Below are positions 29,423 through 39,126 of a stretch of 64,000 nt of DNA, one piece after another; positions within the stretch are counted from its first letter, which is position 1; each line of letters opens with the position of its first letter. A program made the position numbers and the translations under genes. The stretch comes from Vulcanimicrobiota bacterium (GTDB lineage Bacteria > Vulcanimicrobiota > Vulcanimicrobiia > Vulcanimicrobiales > Vulcanimicrobiaceae): assembly GCA_963786105.1 (NCBI GenBank), contig CAWAXX010000023.1, positions 290,228-354,227 of the forward strand, read 5' to 3'. Below the pieces are notes generated by a model. It was not told the origin of the DNA, did no database searches, and saw nothing but the letters and a program-made list of their open reading frames with translations.

Positions 29423-31144
29423 ATGCGCCGGAACATCTCGCGAGCGCTCTTGATCGTCGTAACGCTCTTGGTCGTCGCGATTTACTATCTGCCGATCGGA
29501 CACGTCGACTTCGCGGAGAATTGGGGCGAGGGCACGTTTGGTGCGACGATTCCGGCCCGCAGCGCGATCGTCGCGAGCGTCGATCCGAGCTCGCCGGCGG
29601 ACCGAGCTGGGGTTCGCGCCGGCGACCGCCTGCGCGCGGGGGACAACTACGAAATTTCATCGCGATTGCGCTCGGGCTATCCGGGCGAGCGCGAAACCGT
29701 GACGTTCGAGCGCGGCGGCGTCGCGCGCACGGTCGTCCTGACGGCGCAGCCCAATCCGGCCTTCGGTATTTGGCAGCGCATCGGCGGCGTGCTGGCCTAC
29801 ATCCCACCGACGGTATTTCTCGTGGTCGCCTTCCTGCTGGTCTTCCTGCGCCCGTCGATCATGTCGTGGTCGTTCTATGTTTTTGCGGTGGGCTATTTCG
29901 GCACGGGTCCGGCGTTCATGTACTGGGCGCACGTGTTGTCGCCTTCGGCCTACACCGCGCTGGCGTTCGTTTTGAGCACGGTCTTCGGTCCGTGGAGCGT
30001 CTTGCCGCTGCTGCCGTTCGTGCTCCGTTTTCCTAACGGCGACGTTCTCGGATGGCGGCGGCGGGTCGATCCGTTCGTGTGGGCATTCCTGGCGCTCGCG
30101 TACGCGGTCTACATTGTGGAGTGGCGGATATTTTTCGCCGGGGAAGCGGTGCCCGCGTGGGACGTGATACCGAGCGTGGTCATTCCGCTAGCCTCTTTCG
30201 CGTTCGCGGCAATGGTCTTGGCGAAGAACGTCGCAATGGCTACGCCGAGCGATCGTCAGCGGTGGGGTTTCCTGGCTATCGGAACGATCGCATCGTTTAT
30301 CGCGTACGCGATCTACTTCGTCCCGGGCGTCCCATTCGCGGTGGGTCAAGTGATTGGCTTTGCGGTCGTGCTGATGCCCATCTGCATTGCATACGCGGTC
30401 TTCCGGCTGCGCGTTCTCGACGTCAACTTCGTCCTTAACCGCGCCCTGGTCTACGGCGTCCTGTCGCTCGGCGTCATCGCTTTCATCTCGATTCTCGATT
30501 GGTTTTTTTCGCGCGTCGTCGCTATCGGGCGGTTCGCGATCGGTCTGGAGCTGCTGGTGACGATCGCCATCGGCTTCCTGCTGGATCGCATCAATCGCCT
30601 CGTCGAGAGATTCGTGGAATCGGTCTTCTTTCGACGGCGTCGCCTCGCCGAACGACACCTGCGCCGCGCCGCGTCGGCCCTGCCCTATGCGACCGACGAA
30701 GACGCTATCGCTGACGGTCTCGTGCAAGTGCCGGCCGATGCATTGGATTTGGCGGCCGCGGCACTCTACCGGCGTTCCGATGGCGGCGCGCGATTCGAAG
30801 GGCTGGCGACTTCGCACCAGACGACGGTTGCTCCGGCTGCTTTTAACGCAAATCATCTGCTCGTGCGCATGCTGTTGGCCGACGAAAAGGTCGTGTGGCT
30901 CGATGATTTGCGCTCGCATCTGGATTCCGAAAACGCCGCCATCTATACACTGGCGGTTCCGGTGACAGTACGGCACGAACTCGTCTGCTTCACCCTCTAC
31001 GGCGCGCACGCCAATGGCGCGCAGCTCGACCCCGAAGAGGTCGAGCTGCTCGAGGAACTCGCGCGCGAAGCGTCGAGGGCCTACGATCACGTCGAAGCGG
31101 TGCGCGTCCGCGAACGCTACTCAGAGCTCACGGCACCGCTGTGA
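29423..31144 (+). CDS. Polytopic membrane protein with extracytoplasmic PDZ and C-terminal GAF-like domain
   Basis: VDPSSPADRAGVRAGDRL (PDZ); many hydrophobic helices; LAVPVTVRHEL...YGAH...LDPEEVELLEELA (GAF-like), then stop. Confidence 0.75.
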   Translation: MRRNISRALLIVVTLLVVAIYYLPIGHVDFAENWGEGTFGATIPARSAIVASVDPSSPADRAGVRAGDRLRAGDNYEISSRLRSGYPGERETVTFERGGVARTVVLTAQPNPAFGIWQRIGGVLAYIPPTVFLVVAFLLVFLRPSIMSWSFYVFAVGYFGTGPAFMYWAHVLSPSAYTALAFVLSTVFGPWSVLPLLPFVLRFPNGDVLGWRRRVDPFVWAFLALAYAVYIVEWRIFFAGEAVPAWDVIPSVVIPLASFAFAAMVLAKNVAMATPSDRQRWGFLAIGTIASFIAYAIYFVPGVPFAVGQVIGFAVVLMPICIAYAVFRLRVLDVNFVLNRALVYGVLSLGVIAFISILDWFFSRVVAIGRFAIGLELLVTIAIGFLLDRINRLVERFVESVFFRRRRLAERHLRRAASALPYATDEDAIADGLVQVPADALDLAAAALYRRSDGGARFEGLATSHQTTVAPAAFNANHLLVRMLLADEKVVWLDDLRSHLDSENAAIYTLAVPVTVRHELVCFTLYGAHANGAQLDPEEVELLEELAREASRAYDHVEAVRVRERYSELTAPL

Positions 31145-31153
31145 GGAACGCCG

Positions 31154-31651
31154 TTAATCCGTGAACAAGCTCCGAACTTCGTCGCGGTTCTCCGGTCGCG
31201 CGTTTACACCAAGCAAGATCCCCCCGCGATCGAGCCCTTCGTCGTAAACCACGGCTTTTTCTTTTGGGATTCCCACGCCCACCAGCGCGCCGACGATTCC
31301 GCCGGCCGCGGCTCCGGCGCCTAAGCCGGTGAGCGCGGCGGCAAGTGGTCCGGCGACCAGAGGCACGGCCGCTCCACCGGTCCCGACGATTGCCATAATA
31401 CTGCCGGTCGCCATCAAGCCGGCAACGAGCGCACCGAGGCCGCCTCCGATTGCGCCGCCGGTCACCGCGCCTTCGGCGGCATGGCCGCCGCTGCGCTCGA
31501 CGAATGCGCTCGCCCTGTCCTTGTCGCGCATCATAACGCTAATGTCTTTGTCGGTGTAACCGAGCTCGTGCAGTCGCCTCACACGTGACTCCGCTGCCTC
31601 GGCGTCGTAGTAGATTCCGGTTTCAAAATCTGACCTTGTTGTTTCGTTCAT
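31154..31651 (-). CDS. General stress protein-like glycine-zipper membrane protein
   Basis: LHELGYTDKDISVM, GAVTGGAIGGGLG, AGPLAAAL, GALVGVGIP...YDEGLDRGGILL. Confidence 0.8.
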   Translation of the reverse strand: MNETTRSDFETGIYYDAEAAESRVRRLHELGYTDKDISVMMRDKDRASAFVERSGGHAAEGAVTGGAIGGGLGALVAGLMATGSIMAIVGTGGAAVPLVAGPLAAALTGLGAGAAAGGIVGALVGVGIPKEKAVVYDEGLDRGGILLGVNARPENRDEVRSLFTD

Positions 31652-31738
31652 GCGCCGAGTGTTACCCACGATAACCACTGCGTAAACCAAAAAGCATGGG
31701 AGAAGGAGCGTACGGTCGCGTTCGTAAGTACGAGCATC

Positions 31739-32299
31739 GTGAATCCGTCCGTACGCCCAATATTCGGGCCCATCGAGACCGACCGTCTGAAAATGCGCCA
31801 GTATCGTGAAGACGATATCGATCTGATGCACCGCTTGATGAGCGATCCGTCGGTCATGCGATTCTATCAAGAGCTCCTCGACCGGGAGCAGTCAAAACGA
31901 GCGCTCTCCAACGCGCTCGCGGCGTACGAAAAGCGCGGCTATTCGGTGCTGGCGGTCGAGCGGAAATCGGATGGGCGATACATCGGTCACGTCGGATTGT
32001 TGCACTGGGACGACGTCGACGCTCGCGAAGACGTGGAAGTAGCGTATATGCTGTTGCCGGAATTCTGGGGTCAGGGCTACGCGACCGAGGCGGCAAAAGC
32101 ATCGAAGGACTGGGCGTTTGCACACCTCGACGTCGACCGGGTCGTGTCGTTCATCGTCGTACAGAACGAGCCGTCGGTGAAGGTTGCCGAACGAAACGGG
32201 ATGGTGAGGCTAAAGCGAAACGAAGAAAATCGCTTTGGGCAGCCGATATACGTGTACGGCATCACCCGCGATCAGTGGCGCGATCAATCCACGGCGTAG
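31739..32299 (+). CDS. GNAT acetyltransferase (RimJ/RimL type)
   Basis: ETDRLKMR, EVAYMLLPEFWGQGYATEAA, NEPSVKVAERNGM. Confidence 0.88.
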   Translation: MNPSVRPIFGPIETDRLKMRQYREDDIDLMHRLMSDPSVMRFYQELLDREQSKRALSNALAAYEKRGYSVLAVERKSDGRYIGHVGLLHWDDVDAREDVEVAYMLLPEFWGQGYATEAAKASKDWAFAHLDVDRVVSFIVVQNEPSVKVAERNGMVRLKRNEENRFGQPIYVYGITRDQWRDQSTA

Positions 32300-33609
32300 A
32301 GCGTTCCGTCGGTGCTTCCTATGAAGAGCACGCCATCCGAGAGAGCCGCCGATCCGGCAATCGAACCGACCGTGAAGATCTTGTTCAAACCGACGACGAT
32401 GCCCTCGAACGTCCCATCGGAGTAGAAACCGTCAACGTCCAGATTTCCTTTGGCATCGAGATGCGAGGGGAGGTTGGCGAGCGACGCATCGGTTGAAAAG
32501 CGTGCGACGATCGCTCCCGTGCGGGCATCGATGGCGTAGAGGCGACCGTCGAAGGTTCCAAAGTAGGCAAGGCCGCCGGCAACTGACGGCGACGAGAACG
32601 CAAACGCTCCGTACGGGACCGTAAAGCGCTTGGCGCCGGTCGCGGCGTCGACCGCCCAGAATACCTTTTCATCCGAAGTCGTGAAGTAGACCGTATCGCC
32701 GGCGATTGCCGGAGAAGCGACGACCCAGCTTCCGTGATGGTCTTGCTTCCATCGGAGCGTGCCGGTCTGCGCGTCGAGGGCGTAAAAAAAGCTGTCCCGG
32801 CAGCCAAAATACACGAGCCCCTGGCTCACCGCCGCCGAACCGGCAATGCCGACCTGATTGTAGATCTGCCGATCATCGCCCGTCTGGAACTTCCAGCGAA
32901 CGGCACCCGATTTGGCATCGAGCGCGTAAAAGTAGCGATCCCAACTTCCGACGTAGACGATTCCGTTCGACACTGCCGGCGAAGCGTGCACGACGTTGCC
33001 GGTGGCGAACCGCCAACGCAGCACCCCGGTGGCCGCATCGAGCGCATAGACGTGGTGGTCGCCGCTTCCGATATACAGGGTGCCGTCGGAAAGGACTGGA
33101 GAGGAGAGAAAAACGTCAAACGGATCCGGCATCAACTCCGTGCGAGGAATTATTCCATGGATACCCGGCGCGGTGAAGCGGCGTTCCCCGTCGGTTTTGA
33201 ACCGCCATCGCAGCTGTCCGCTGCTCGCGTCGACCGCATAGACGCTTCCGTCGAGGCTGGCGACGAACGCGAGTCCGTTCGATACGGCCGGCGACGAGTT
33301 CACCGGCCCCTTCGTCGCAAACTTCCAAACGAGGGAACCATCGCTTGCGCGGATCGCGTAGAGATTGCCGTCCGTACTTCCGACATACACGACGCCGTCG
33401 AGTACGCTGGGTGAAGAAAAGATCATTCCCTTGGTGCGAAATCGCCACTTGACGCCGTCGAGCTTGGAGGGCTCGGACGCATAAACGCCCAGATGCGCCG
33501 CGTCGCTGCGAAACATCTGAACGTCTTGTGCCGCCGCGGGCTTCGGCAGGGCGATCGCGGACGCAGCGAAAGCAGCCGTGAGGAAACGATGTCGTAGCGT
33601 GTCGATCAT
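32284..33609 (-). CDS. Secreted PQQ-like beta-propeller repeat protein
   Basis: Signal peptide; many SSP(A/V)..G.VY.GS.DG.LYA.DA..G...W repeats. Confidence 0.88.
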   Translation of the reverse strand: MIDTLRHRFLTAAFAASAIALPKPAAAQDVQMFRSDAAHLGVYASEPSKLDGVKWRFRTKGMIFSSPSVLDGVVYVGSTDGNLYAIRASDGSLVWKFATKGPVNSSPAVSNGLAFVASLDGSVYAVDASSGQLRWRFKTDGERRFTAPGIHGIIPRTELMPDPFDVFLSSPVLSDGTLYIGSGDHHVYALDAATGVLRWRFATGNVVHASPAVSNGIVYVGSWDRYFYALDAKSGAVRWKFQTGDDRQIYNQVGIAGSAAVSQGLVYFGCRDSFFYALDAQTGTLRWKQDHHGSWVVASPAIAGDTVYFTTSDEKVFWAVDAATGAKRFTVPYGAFAFSSPSVAGGLAYFGTFDGRLYAIDARTGAIVARFSTDASLANLPSHLDAKGNLDVDGFYSDGTFEGIVVGLNKIFTVGSIAGSAALSDGVLFIGSTDGTLYAVD

Positions 33610-33703
33610 GTGAAAAGCTTCGAGTGCGCTCGCCGGCGCCCCGCCGGCACCTTCTATCAAAAGCCTCATTTAACCATCAAAATCAAGACATATTAAACGC
33701 AAC

Positions 33704-33736
33704 AAAAAATCGGGCGAGCCCACTGGCTCGCCCGAT
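33704..33736 (-). terminator. Rho-independent terminator
   Basis: aaaaaa followed by atcgggcgagcc-cact-ggctcgcccgat, downstream of the minus-strand gene ending at 33769. Confidence 0.85.
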
Positions 33737-33768
33737 CGGGATCCCCTAATCTAACGCGCGCTTCGAGC

Positions 33769-34449
33769 TTAACCGCCGAGCGAGCGTTGGCCGACGACGC
33801 GACCGACCGGCGGCGTCGAATCGGCGCCGTTGCCCCAGATACCGTTGAAGCTGTTGTTGTCGCCGTTGAACCAGAACGAGAACCAGCCCGACTTGCCGCC
33901 GCCGTTCCAGGTCGCTCGGACTTTATCTTTTGTCCGGAACTTGCCGTTGATCGTGACCTCGTTCGAGTGGCAAACGACGGTTGGGCCCGATTGCGTGCAC
34001 TTCATCGTTCCGACGAATTTCGTTGGGCCGCCCGCACCGGTTACGTGCCACGTACCGGCAGCGGTGATCGGCGACGGCGGTAGGACCTTGTTCGCGACGA
34101 ACGAGCCGTTGGCAGCGCGACCGTTGTAGCCCCACGTGCCGTTTAAGCTGTGACCGTTCGCGCTGGCGTAAACCGTGAGCCAACCGGCGCCGTCGGGACC
34201 GTGCCACTTTCCGTTGATCTGCGTGTCGCTGACGAACTCCCCGGTGAACCCGTTTCCGTTTTTAGCGTTCGTGCCGACGAGGCCGTTGCCCGACTGAGTT
34301 ATCGTGATGGTGGACTCCGTGGTGCCGTTCAGTCCGGATTGCTGAACGGTCCACGTACCGGTGAGATTCGGCGGGCTTGCAATTGCGGCGCCAATCGACA
34401 TCGCCGCGATTGCAAACCCGCAAAATAGTGAAAGAACAGTACGTTTCAT
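33769..34449 (-). CDS. Secreted all-beta protein with two internal repeats
   Basis: AAGGAG RBS; signal peptide; duplicated GTW...W.G...GW....NG.WG unit. Confidence 0.75.
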   Translation of the reverse strand: MKRTVLSLFCGFAIAAMSIGAAIASPPNLTGTWTVQQSGLNGTTESTITITQSGNGLVGTNAKNGNGFTGEFVSDTQINGKWHGPDGAGWLTVYASANGHSLNGTWGYNGRAANGSFVANKVLPPSPITAAGTWHVTGAGGPTKFVGTMKCTQSGPTVVCHSNEVTINGKFRTKDKVRATWNGGGKSGWFSFWFNGDNNSFNGIWGNGADSTPPVGRVVGQRSLGG

Positions 34450-34598
34450 GCATGAGCTCCTTTAAAAGCAACTCGGCAGTGCTTCGTTGAGGCGGCCGGG
34501 CGCTCCTCGATTATAGCTGCGACTTTTGTGCGTCATTCGCCGCTGCGGCCACATTTGTTCGCGGCGGAAGTTCCGAGGGAAAGTTCGAACTAGGCGGC

Positions 34599-35603
34599 AT
34601 GGCCAAGGGGCACGTGTTCGTCGCACTGCGCAGGCGTTTTATTGCGGCTGCGGCCCTTTGCGGGATGGCCACCGGGCTTATTATGGCGTTTGCAGCCGTC
34701 GCTCGCGCGGGCAACGCGGATGCGCCACCCAATCCGCTCGGAATCACCACCGGACCCGATGGCGCACTGTGGTTTACGGACCTCTCCGGAAGCATCGGGC
34801 GTATCACGACCGCCGGCACGATTACGAAATATCCGATTCCCGGCGGCGACAGTCTTCCCACGGCGATCGCGGTGGGTCCGGACGGAGCGCTCTGGTTTAC
34901 CCAGAGCGGGAACGCGACGATCGGACGAATTACGACCGGTGGTGCGATTACCCAAATGCGGTCGCCGGTCGTGCATCCGTCGGACCTCGCAACCGGCCGC
35001 GATCGCGCGCTTTGGATTACGGGGAATCAGCGCGACGATAGCATCGGCCGGATGACCGTTGATGGTGCCGGCGCTACCGTTGCGTCGTTACCGCCCCCAA
35101 GCTGGCCGCGACGAATCGTTGCCGGTCCGGACGGAGCGCTCTGGTTCACCGAGTTCGCAGGCGATAAGATCGGCCGCCTGACGACGAACCGCGTGTTAAC
35201 CGAATATTCCATTCCGCAGCGCTACAGTGCCCCGATCGGCATCGCCGTCGGGCCCGACGGTGCGCTTTGGTTCGCGAACTATTACGGCGCCAGCATCGGA
35301 CGAATTACGACCGGCGGGGCATTCACGACGTTCTCGCACGGATTCTCTCGGGACAGCTCACCCGGCGACATCACCAGGGGCCCCGACCACGGATTGTGGT
35401 TCACCGACATTCTCGCCAATCGAATCGGTCGCATCACCACTGGCGGCATCGTCGTCGAGTACCCGATTCCAACGCACGATAGCCGGCCGGTTTCAATCAC
35501 CAGCGGGCCCGATGGAGCGCTGTGGTTTACGGAATCGAAAGGCGGCAAGATCGGTAGGATCGCCTGCGACGGTCGCGTGACCGAATATCCGATCCCCCGG
35601 TAG
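34599..35603 (+). CDS. Vgb (virginiamycin B lyase)-like beta-propeller, probably secreted
   Basis: Seven GPDGALWFT...IGRITT-type repeats. Confidence 0.85.
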   Translation: MAKGHVFVALRRRFIAAAALCGMATGLIMAFAAVARAGNADAPPNPLGITTGPDGALWFTDLSGSIGRITTAGTITKYPIPGGDSLPTAIAVGPDGALWFTQSGNATIGRITTGGAITQMRSPVVHPSDLATGRDRALWITGNQRDDSIGRMTVDGAGATVASLPPPSWPRRIVAGPDGALWFTEFAGDKIGRLTTNRVLTEYSIPQRYSAPIGIAVGPDGALWFANYYGASIGRITTGGAFTTFSHGFSRDSSPGDITRGPDHGLWFTDILANRIGRITTGGIVVEYPIPTHDSRPVSITSGPDGALWFTESKGGKIGRIACDGRVTEYPIPR

Positions 35604-35675
35604 CGGCCACCACCGCTTCCCGAAGCTGAAGCGCATTTCGATGTACCTATTGACTCCATCTGCTACAACGATGGC

Positions 35676-36290
35676 GTGACGATACCCAGAGACCTGGTCT
35701 TAGAAGACGCTCGCGTGAGGCTCGAGCCTCTCGATTTCCGTCACGCTGCCGACCTTTTCGCGGCAGGCAAAGATGCCGAGGTTTGGTCGAAGACATTTCG
35801 CGGGCACCAGATGCCCACGATGGAGGCCACGCTAAGCTACGTCGGCGAGGCGCTCTACGGCAGCACCACGTCGCCGGGTGGAGTTCCATTCGCAATCATC
35901 GATAAGGCGACCCAAAAGGCCATTGGAGGGACCCGCTACTTCGACATCAGCGAAGCGGACCGACGGCTCGAGATCGGATGGACGTGGCTGTCGCGTGATT
36001 ACTGGCGGAGTCACGTAAACACGACCTGCAAGCGCCTGCTGTTGCAGTATGCTTTTGAAGAGGCCGGAGTCAATCGCGTCCAATTCAAGGCCGACTCCGA
36101 AAACGATCGCTCGCGCGCGGCAATCGTCCGCATCGGCGCCGTGTACGAAGGGACGCTCCGCGACGTGCGCGTTTTTGGCGATTCGATGCGAAGCGTGAGC
36201 TGTTATAGCATTCTGGCTCGCGAATGGCCCGCCGTGAAGAAGCGCTTGACGGAGGCCGGCAGCCGACCCTCGTCGCACGCTTCGGCATGA
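35676..36290 (+). CDS. GNAT acetyltransferase (RimJ/RimL type)
   Basis: VRLEPL, LEIGWTWL, NDRSRAAIVRIGAVYEGTLR. Confidence 0.88.
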   Translation: MTIPRDLVLEDARVRLEPLDFRHAADLFAAGKDAEVWSKTFRGHQMPTMEATLSYVGEALYGSTTSPGGVPFAIIDKATQKAIGGTRYFDISEADRRLEIGWTWLSRDYWRSHVNTTCKRLLLQYAFEEAGVNRVQFKADSENDRSRAAIVRIGAVYEGTLRDVRVFGDSMRSVSCYSILAREWPAVKKRLTEAGSRPSSHASA

Positions 36291-36529
36291 GACCTAGCCC
36301 GGTCGTGAGCCTCACGGTGTTCGGTGCGGCCTCGGTTGCGGCCATGATGATTTTCTATGTTCTGGAATCGCGCCGTCGCGTCTTTACACTCGCATTCGCG
36401 ATGGCGTGTTTTGCCGCGTCAACGTACGGATTTCTCGCCGGTACTTGGCCGTTCGGCGTGGTCGAAGCCCTCTGGGGAGCGATCGCACTGGTGAAGTGGC
36501 GGAGACGCCCCGAGGGCCGACTGTTTTAG
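36287..36529 (+). CDS. Small membrane protein
   Basis: ATGA overlap with the GNAT stop; three hydrophobic helices; YGFLAGTWPFGVVE. Confidence 0.7.
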   Translation: MRPSPVVSLTVFGAASVAAMMIFYVLESRRRVFTLAFAMACFAASTYGFLAGTWPFGVVEALWGAIALVKWRRRPEGRLF

Positions 36530-36598
36530 CGGGCCCTTCCTTCCTCGGGGGAGAAATATGGCCTCCGAGTTTTCTCAGAATCCAAGGAGCACGAACGT

Positions 36599-36973
36599 AT
36601 GAAAGTATGCGCAATTGTCTTTTCGCTGTTGATCGTCGGGAGTGGTTTGGCTGCGGGCTCGGCAACGGCCACAACGATGTCCGGCAGCCAGGAAGCACAG
36701 GTACAACACTTGCAGGCAACGGCTGCTGCCGCTCAAGCTGCCATTGCGGCCTCTCCGAAGGAGATGAAGCTGATGGTGAGCGCCATCGAAGCACAGAGCG
36801 TCAGCCAATCCCGAGCCGTATTGCTCCGGCACGGTTTTACCGAGCAGCAACTGGAGGGAGGCGTAATGGTCTTCAGCCACGGGCTGCTGCCGAAGAAAGT
36901 CAAGCAGGGCCAGTTTTATTACTTCCATCTCGGCTATTCGCCGTTGAAGATTGAGGTTGAGGCTTTGCCGTAG
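36599..36973 (+). CDS. Secreted hypothetical protein
   Basis: AAGGAG RBS; signal peptide. Confidence 0.6.
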   Translation: MKVCAIVFSLLIVGSGLAAGSATATTMSGSQEAQVQHLQATAAAAQAAIAASPKEMKLMVSAIEAQSVSQSRAVLLRHGFTEQQLEGGVMVFSHGLLPKKVKQGQFYYFHLGYSPLKIEVEALP

Positions 36974-37721
36974 CGCGGCACTCGCGCTAGTCGCGGCTCT
37001 GTTCGGCGGCTGCGACGGTGGCGGGGTACGCACGGCGCCCCCGCTTACCGTCGCGGATTCCGCCGGCGACCTCGCGAACGGGTCGCGCAGCTACCATACG
37101 AAGTTCCCACTTACCGAAGATCCCATTTCCGAGGGCGGAAGGTGGATAAACGGTCAGACTGTCGGCGTCGATTGGACGAACGTGCAAACGACGCCGCGGT
37201 TAGCGTTTGGAACCATGCCGGGCGACACGGGCTATCCGTATCAGTACGCGGACTCCACCGCCGTGCTTAGAGGACGATGGGGTGGAGATCAAACCGTGCA
37301 GGCAACGCTCAGCGTTCCCAATCCTTCGGGGACAGCCGGAGTGTTCGAGGAGGTGGAGCTGCGCGTAAGAACGACGATCGCGGCCCACGACATCACCGGA
37401 TACGAAATCAACTGCAGCGTCAATACGAGCGACCCGTACTTGCAAGTCGTCAAGTGGAATGGTCCGCTCGCCGACTTCACGTACTTGGACGCCCGCGGTA
37501 CGGGATGCGCTAACGCTGACGTACTGAAGGCAACCGTCACCGGAGCCGGCTCCGCGACGATAACGGTATACAAAAATGGCCGCCAGATTCTCACCGTGGT
37601 CGATAGCGACAACCCGTTCACCTCGGGCAGCCCCGGCATCGGATTCTTTCTTCAAGGGGCTACCGGCTTAAACGCCGACTACGGTTTTCGCAGTTTTCGT
37701 GCTTCGGCGACGCGTATTTGA
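36951..37721 (+). CDS. Hypothetical lipoprotein, beta-sandwich-like
   Basis: Lipobox-like FGGC; beta-rich sequence; TTG start uncertain. Confidence 0.6.
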   Translation: MRLRLCRSAALALVAALFGGCDGGGVRTAPPLTVADSAGDLANGSRSYHTKFPLTEDPISEGGRWINGQTVGVDWTNVQTTPRLAFGTMPGDTGYPYQYADSTAVLRGRWGGDQTVQATLSVPNPSGTAGVFEEVELRVRTTIAAHDITGYEINCSVNTSDPYLQVVKWNGPLADFTYLDARGTGCANADVLKATVTGAGSATITVYKNGRQILTVVDSDNPFTSGSPGIGFFLQGATGLNADYGFRSFRASATRI

Positions 37722-37739
37722 GCTGCGACCCTGCACTAT

Positions 37740-39110
37740 TTAGTCGTCGGGAGGCTTTAGCGACGGCTTCCGCCTGAGGAACTGTGATGGCGGGTATTTC
37801 GCACGAATTTTTACGTACTTGCGCGGCAGTTGGGTGAAGTCGAACGGATCGCCGATATCGTTCGCCCGTGCGTCGGTATGACCGAGGGACGCGGCTCCGA
37901 ACGTCGTTTCGATGAACTTTAGGATGCTGCCGAACTCATATTGCGTGCTCGACACGTAGCCCATCTTCGCGTAAGGCGAAATAATGATGCACGGCACTCT
38001 TATTCCGAGGCCGGCCATATCGAGCTGAGGCGGCGGCACGTTGTCGAACCAGCCGCCCCAGTCGTCCCACAGGACGATGACGGCCGTCGATTTCCAATTG
38101 GGACCCTGGCCGATCGCGTTCACGACGGCGGCCACCCACGACGGTCCGGTATCGCTGTTGGTTTGCGGATGGTCGGAATCGAGATAGTCGGGGACGACCC
38201 ACGAGACCGACGCGAGGCCGTTTTTGGTCGCCGCGTCCGTCAGGATCGTCGTTTGCGGGTTGATGACGTTGGCCCAATCGGCACCGTATCGAACGTTCTC
38301 GATCGCGTCGAACTCCGACCAAATTGCGCCGCCCCAATCCGCTCCGATTTTGGGAGCGTAGTATTTCCACGAAACCCCCACAGCATCGAGCGAATCGGCG
38401 ATCGTCGTGAACTGCGTGAAGCACGGAAAAGGTCCGTTCTTGTAGAATTTCCTATTTTGGTCGACGTACTCCGTCGTCGTGCTCGGAGGCGCGTCGCACC
38501 CCCAGGGCGCGCTCGACGGATCGTCGGCGATCGCCTCGGTCGCACCGATATTCGCCGTTCCCGCAATCAAATCGAGATGCGCCGTGAAACTCGACCCGAA
38601 CTCCGTCGGGAACATGTGATCGGCCAGTACGTATTGCGTTGCCATGTCCCAATACGGCTTGACGACCTTGCGATTGAGGTATGAGTACGGATACTTGGGC
38701 GGCTCGTATGGCTGCCACTTGTCGTTGAGATCGAACGAGTCCATCTTCCCGTTGTCCCAATCGAGAATGCCGGCGTACCATCCATGCGGTACGTCCAGGC
38801 CATCGCCGGTGAAGTCGATCGCTTTGAGATTGACCTTTTGACCGGTGTGCATGTAGCCGTACGTCTGCGAGTCCGCTCCGGGAAATCCGGCAAAGATGTT
38901 ATCGAAGCTTCGATTCTCTTGAACGACGATGACGATGTGCTCAATGGGCGACGAGCTTCCCGACGACGGCCGAGCATTACCGGCGAGGCTCCCCGGAGGT
39001 GTACCGAGAGAACCGAAAAAAGGCGAACAGCCGGCTCCGACGATAGGAAGCGAAGCGCATGAGATGGCGAGTGCTAGGCACGCGCGCAAGCCGGGTCGCG
39101 TTAGGGTCAA
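37740..39110 (-). CDS. Lipoprotein phosphoesterase, paralog 9
   Basis: [34 protein letters not shown] lipobox. Confidence 0.9.
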   Translation of the reverse strand: MTLTRPGLRACLALAISCASLPIVGAGCSPFFGSLGTPPGSLAGNARPSSGSSSPIEHIVIVVQENRSFDNIFAGFPGADSQTYGYMHTGQKVNLKAIDFTGDGLDVPHGWYAGILDWDNGKMDSFDLNDKWQPYEPPKYPYSYLNRKVVKPYWDMATQYVLADHMFPTEFGSSFTAHLDLIAGTANIGATEAIADDPSSAPWGCDAPPSTTTEYVDQNRKFYKNGPFPCFTQFTTIADSLDAVGVSWKYYAPKIGADWGGAIWSEFDAIENVRYGADWANVINPQTTILTDAATKNGLASVSWVVPDYLDSDHPQTNSDTGPSWVAAVVNAIGQGPNWKSTAVIVLWDDWGGWFDNVPPPQLDMAGLGIRVPCIIISPYAKMGYVSSTQYEFGSILKFIETTFGAASLGHTDARANDIGDPFDFTQLPRKYVKIRAKYPPSQFLRRKPSLKPPDD

Positions 39111-39126
39111 TTCCGTCTCAATGGGC

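Noticed and set aside
34599..35603. Streptogramin resistance gene (vgb)
   Set aside because: Only the repeat fold is evident. It carries a signal-like N-terminus, and I cannot confirm the lyase catalytic residues.
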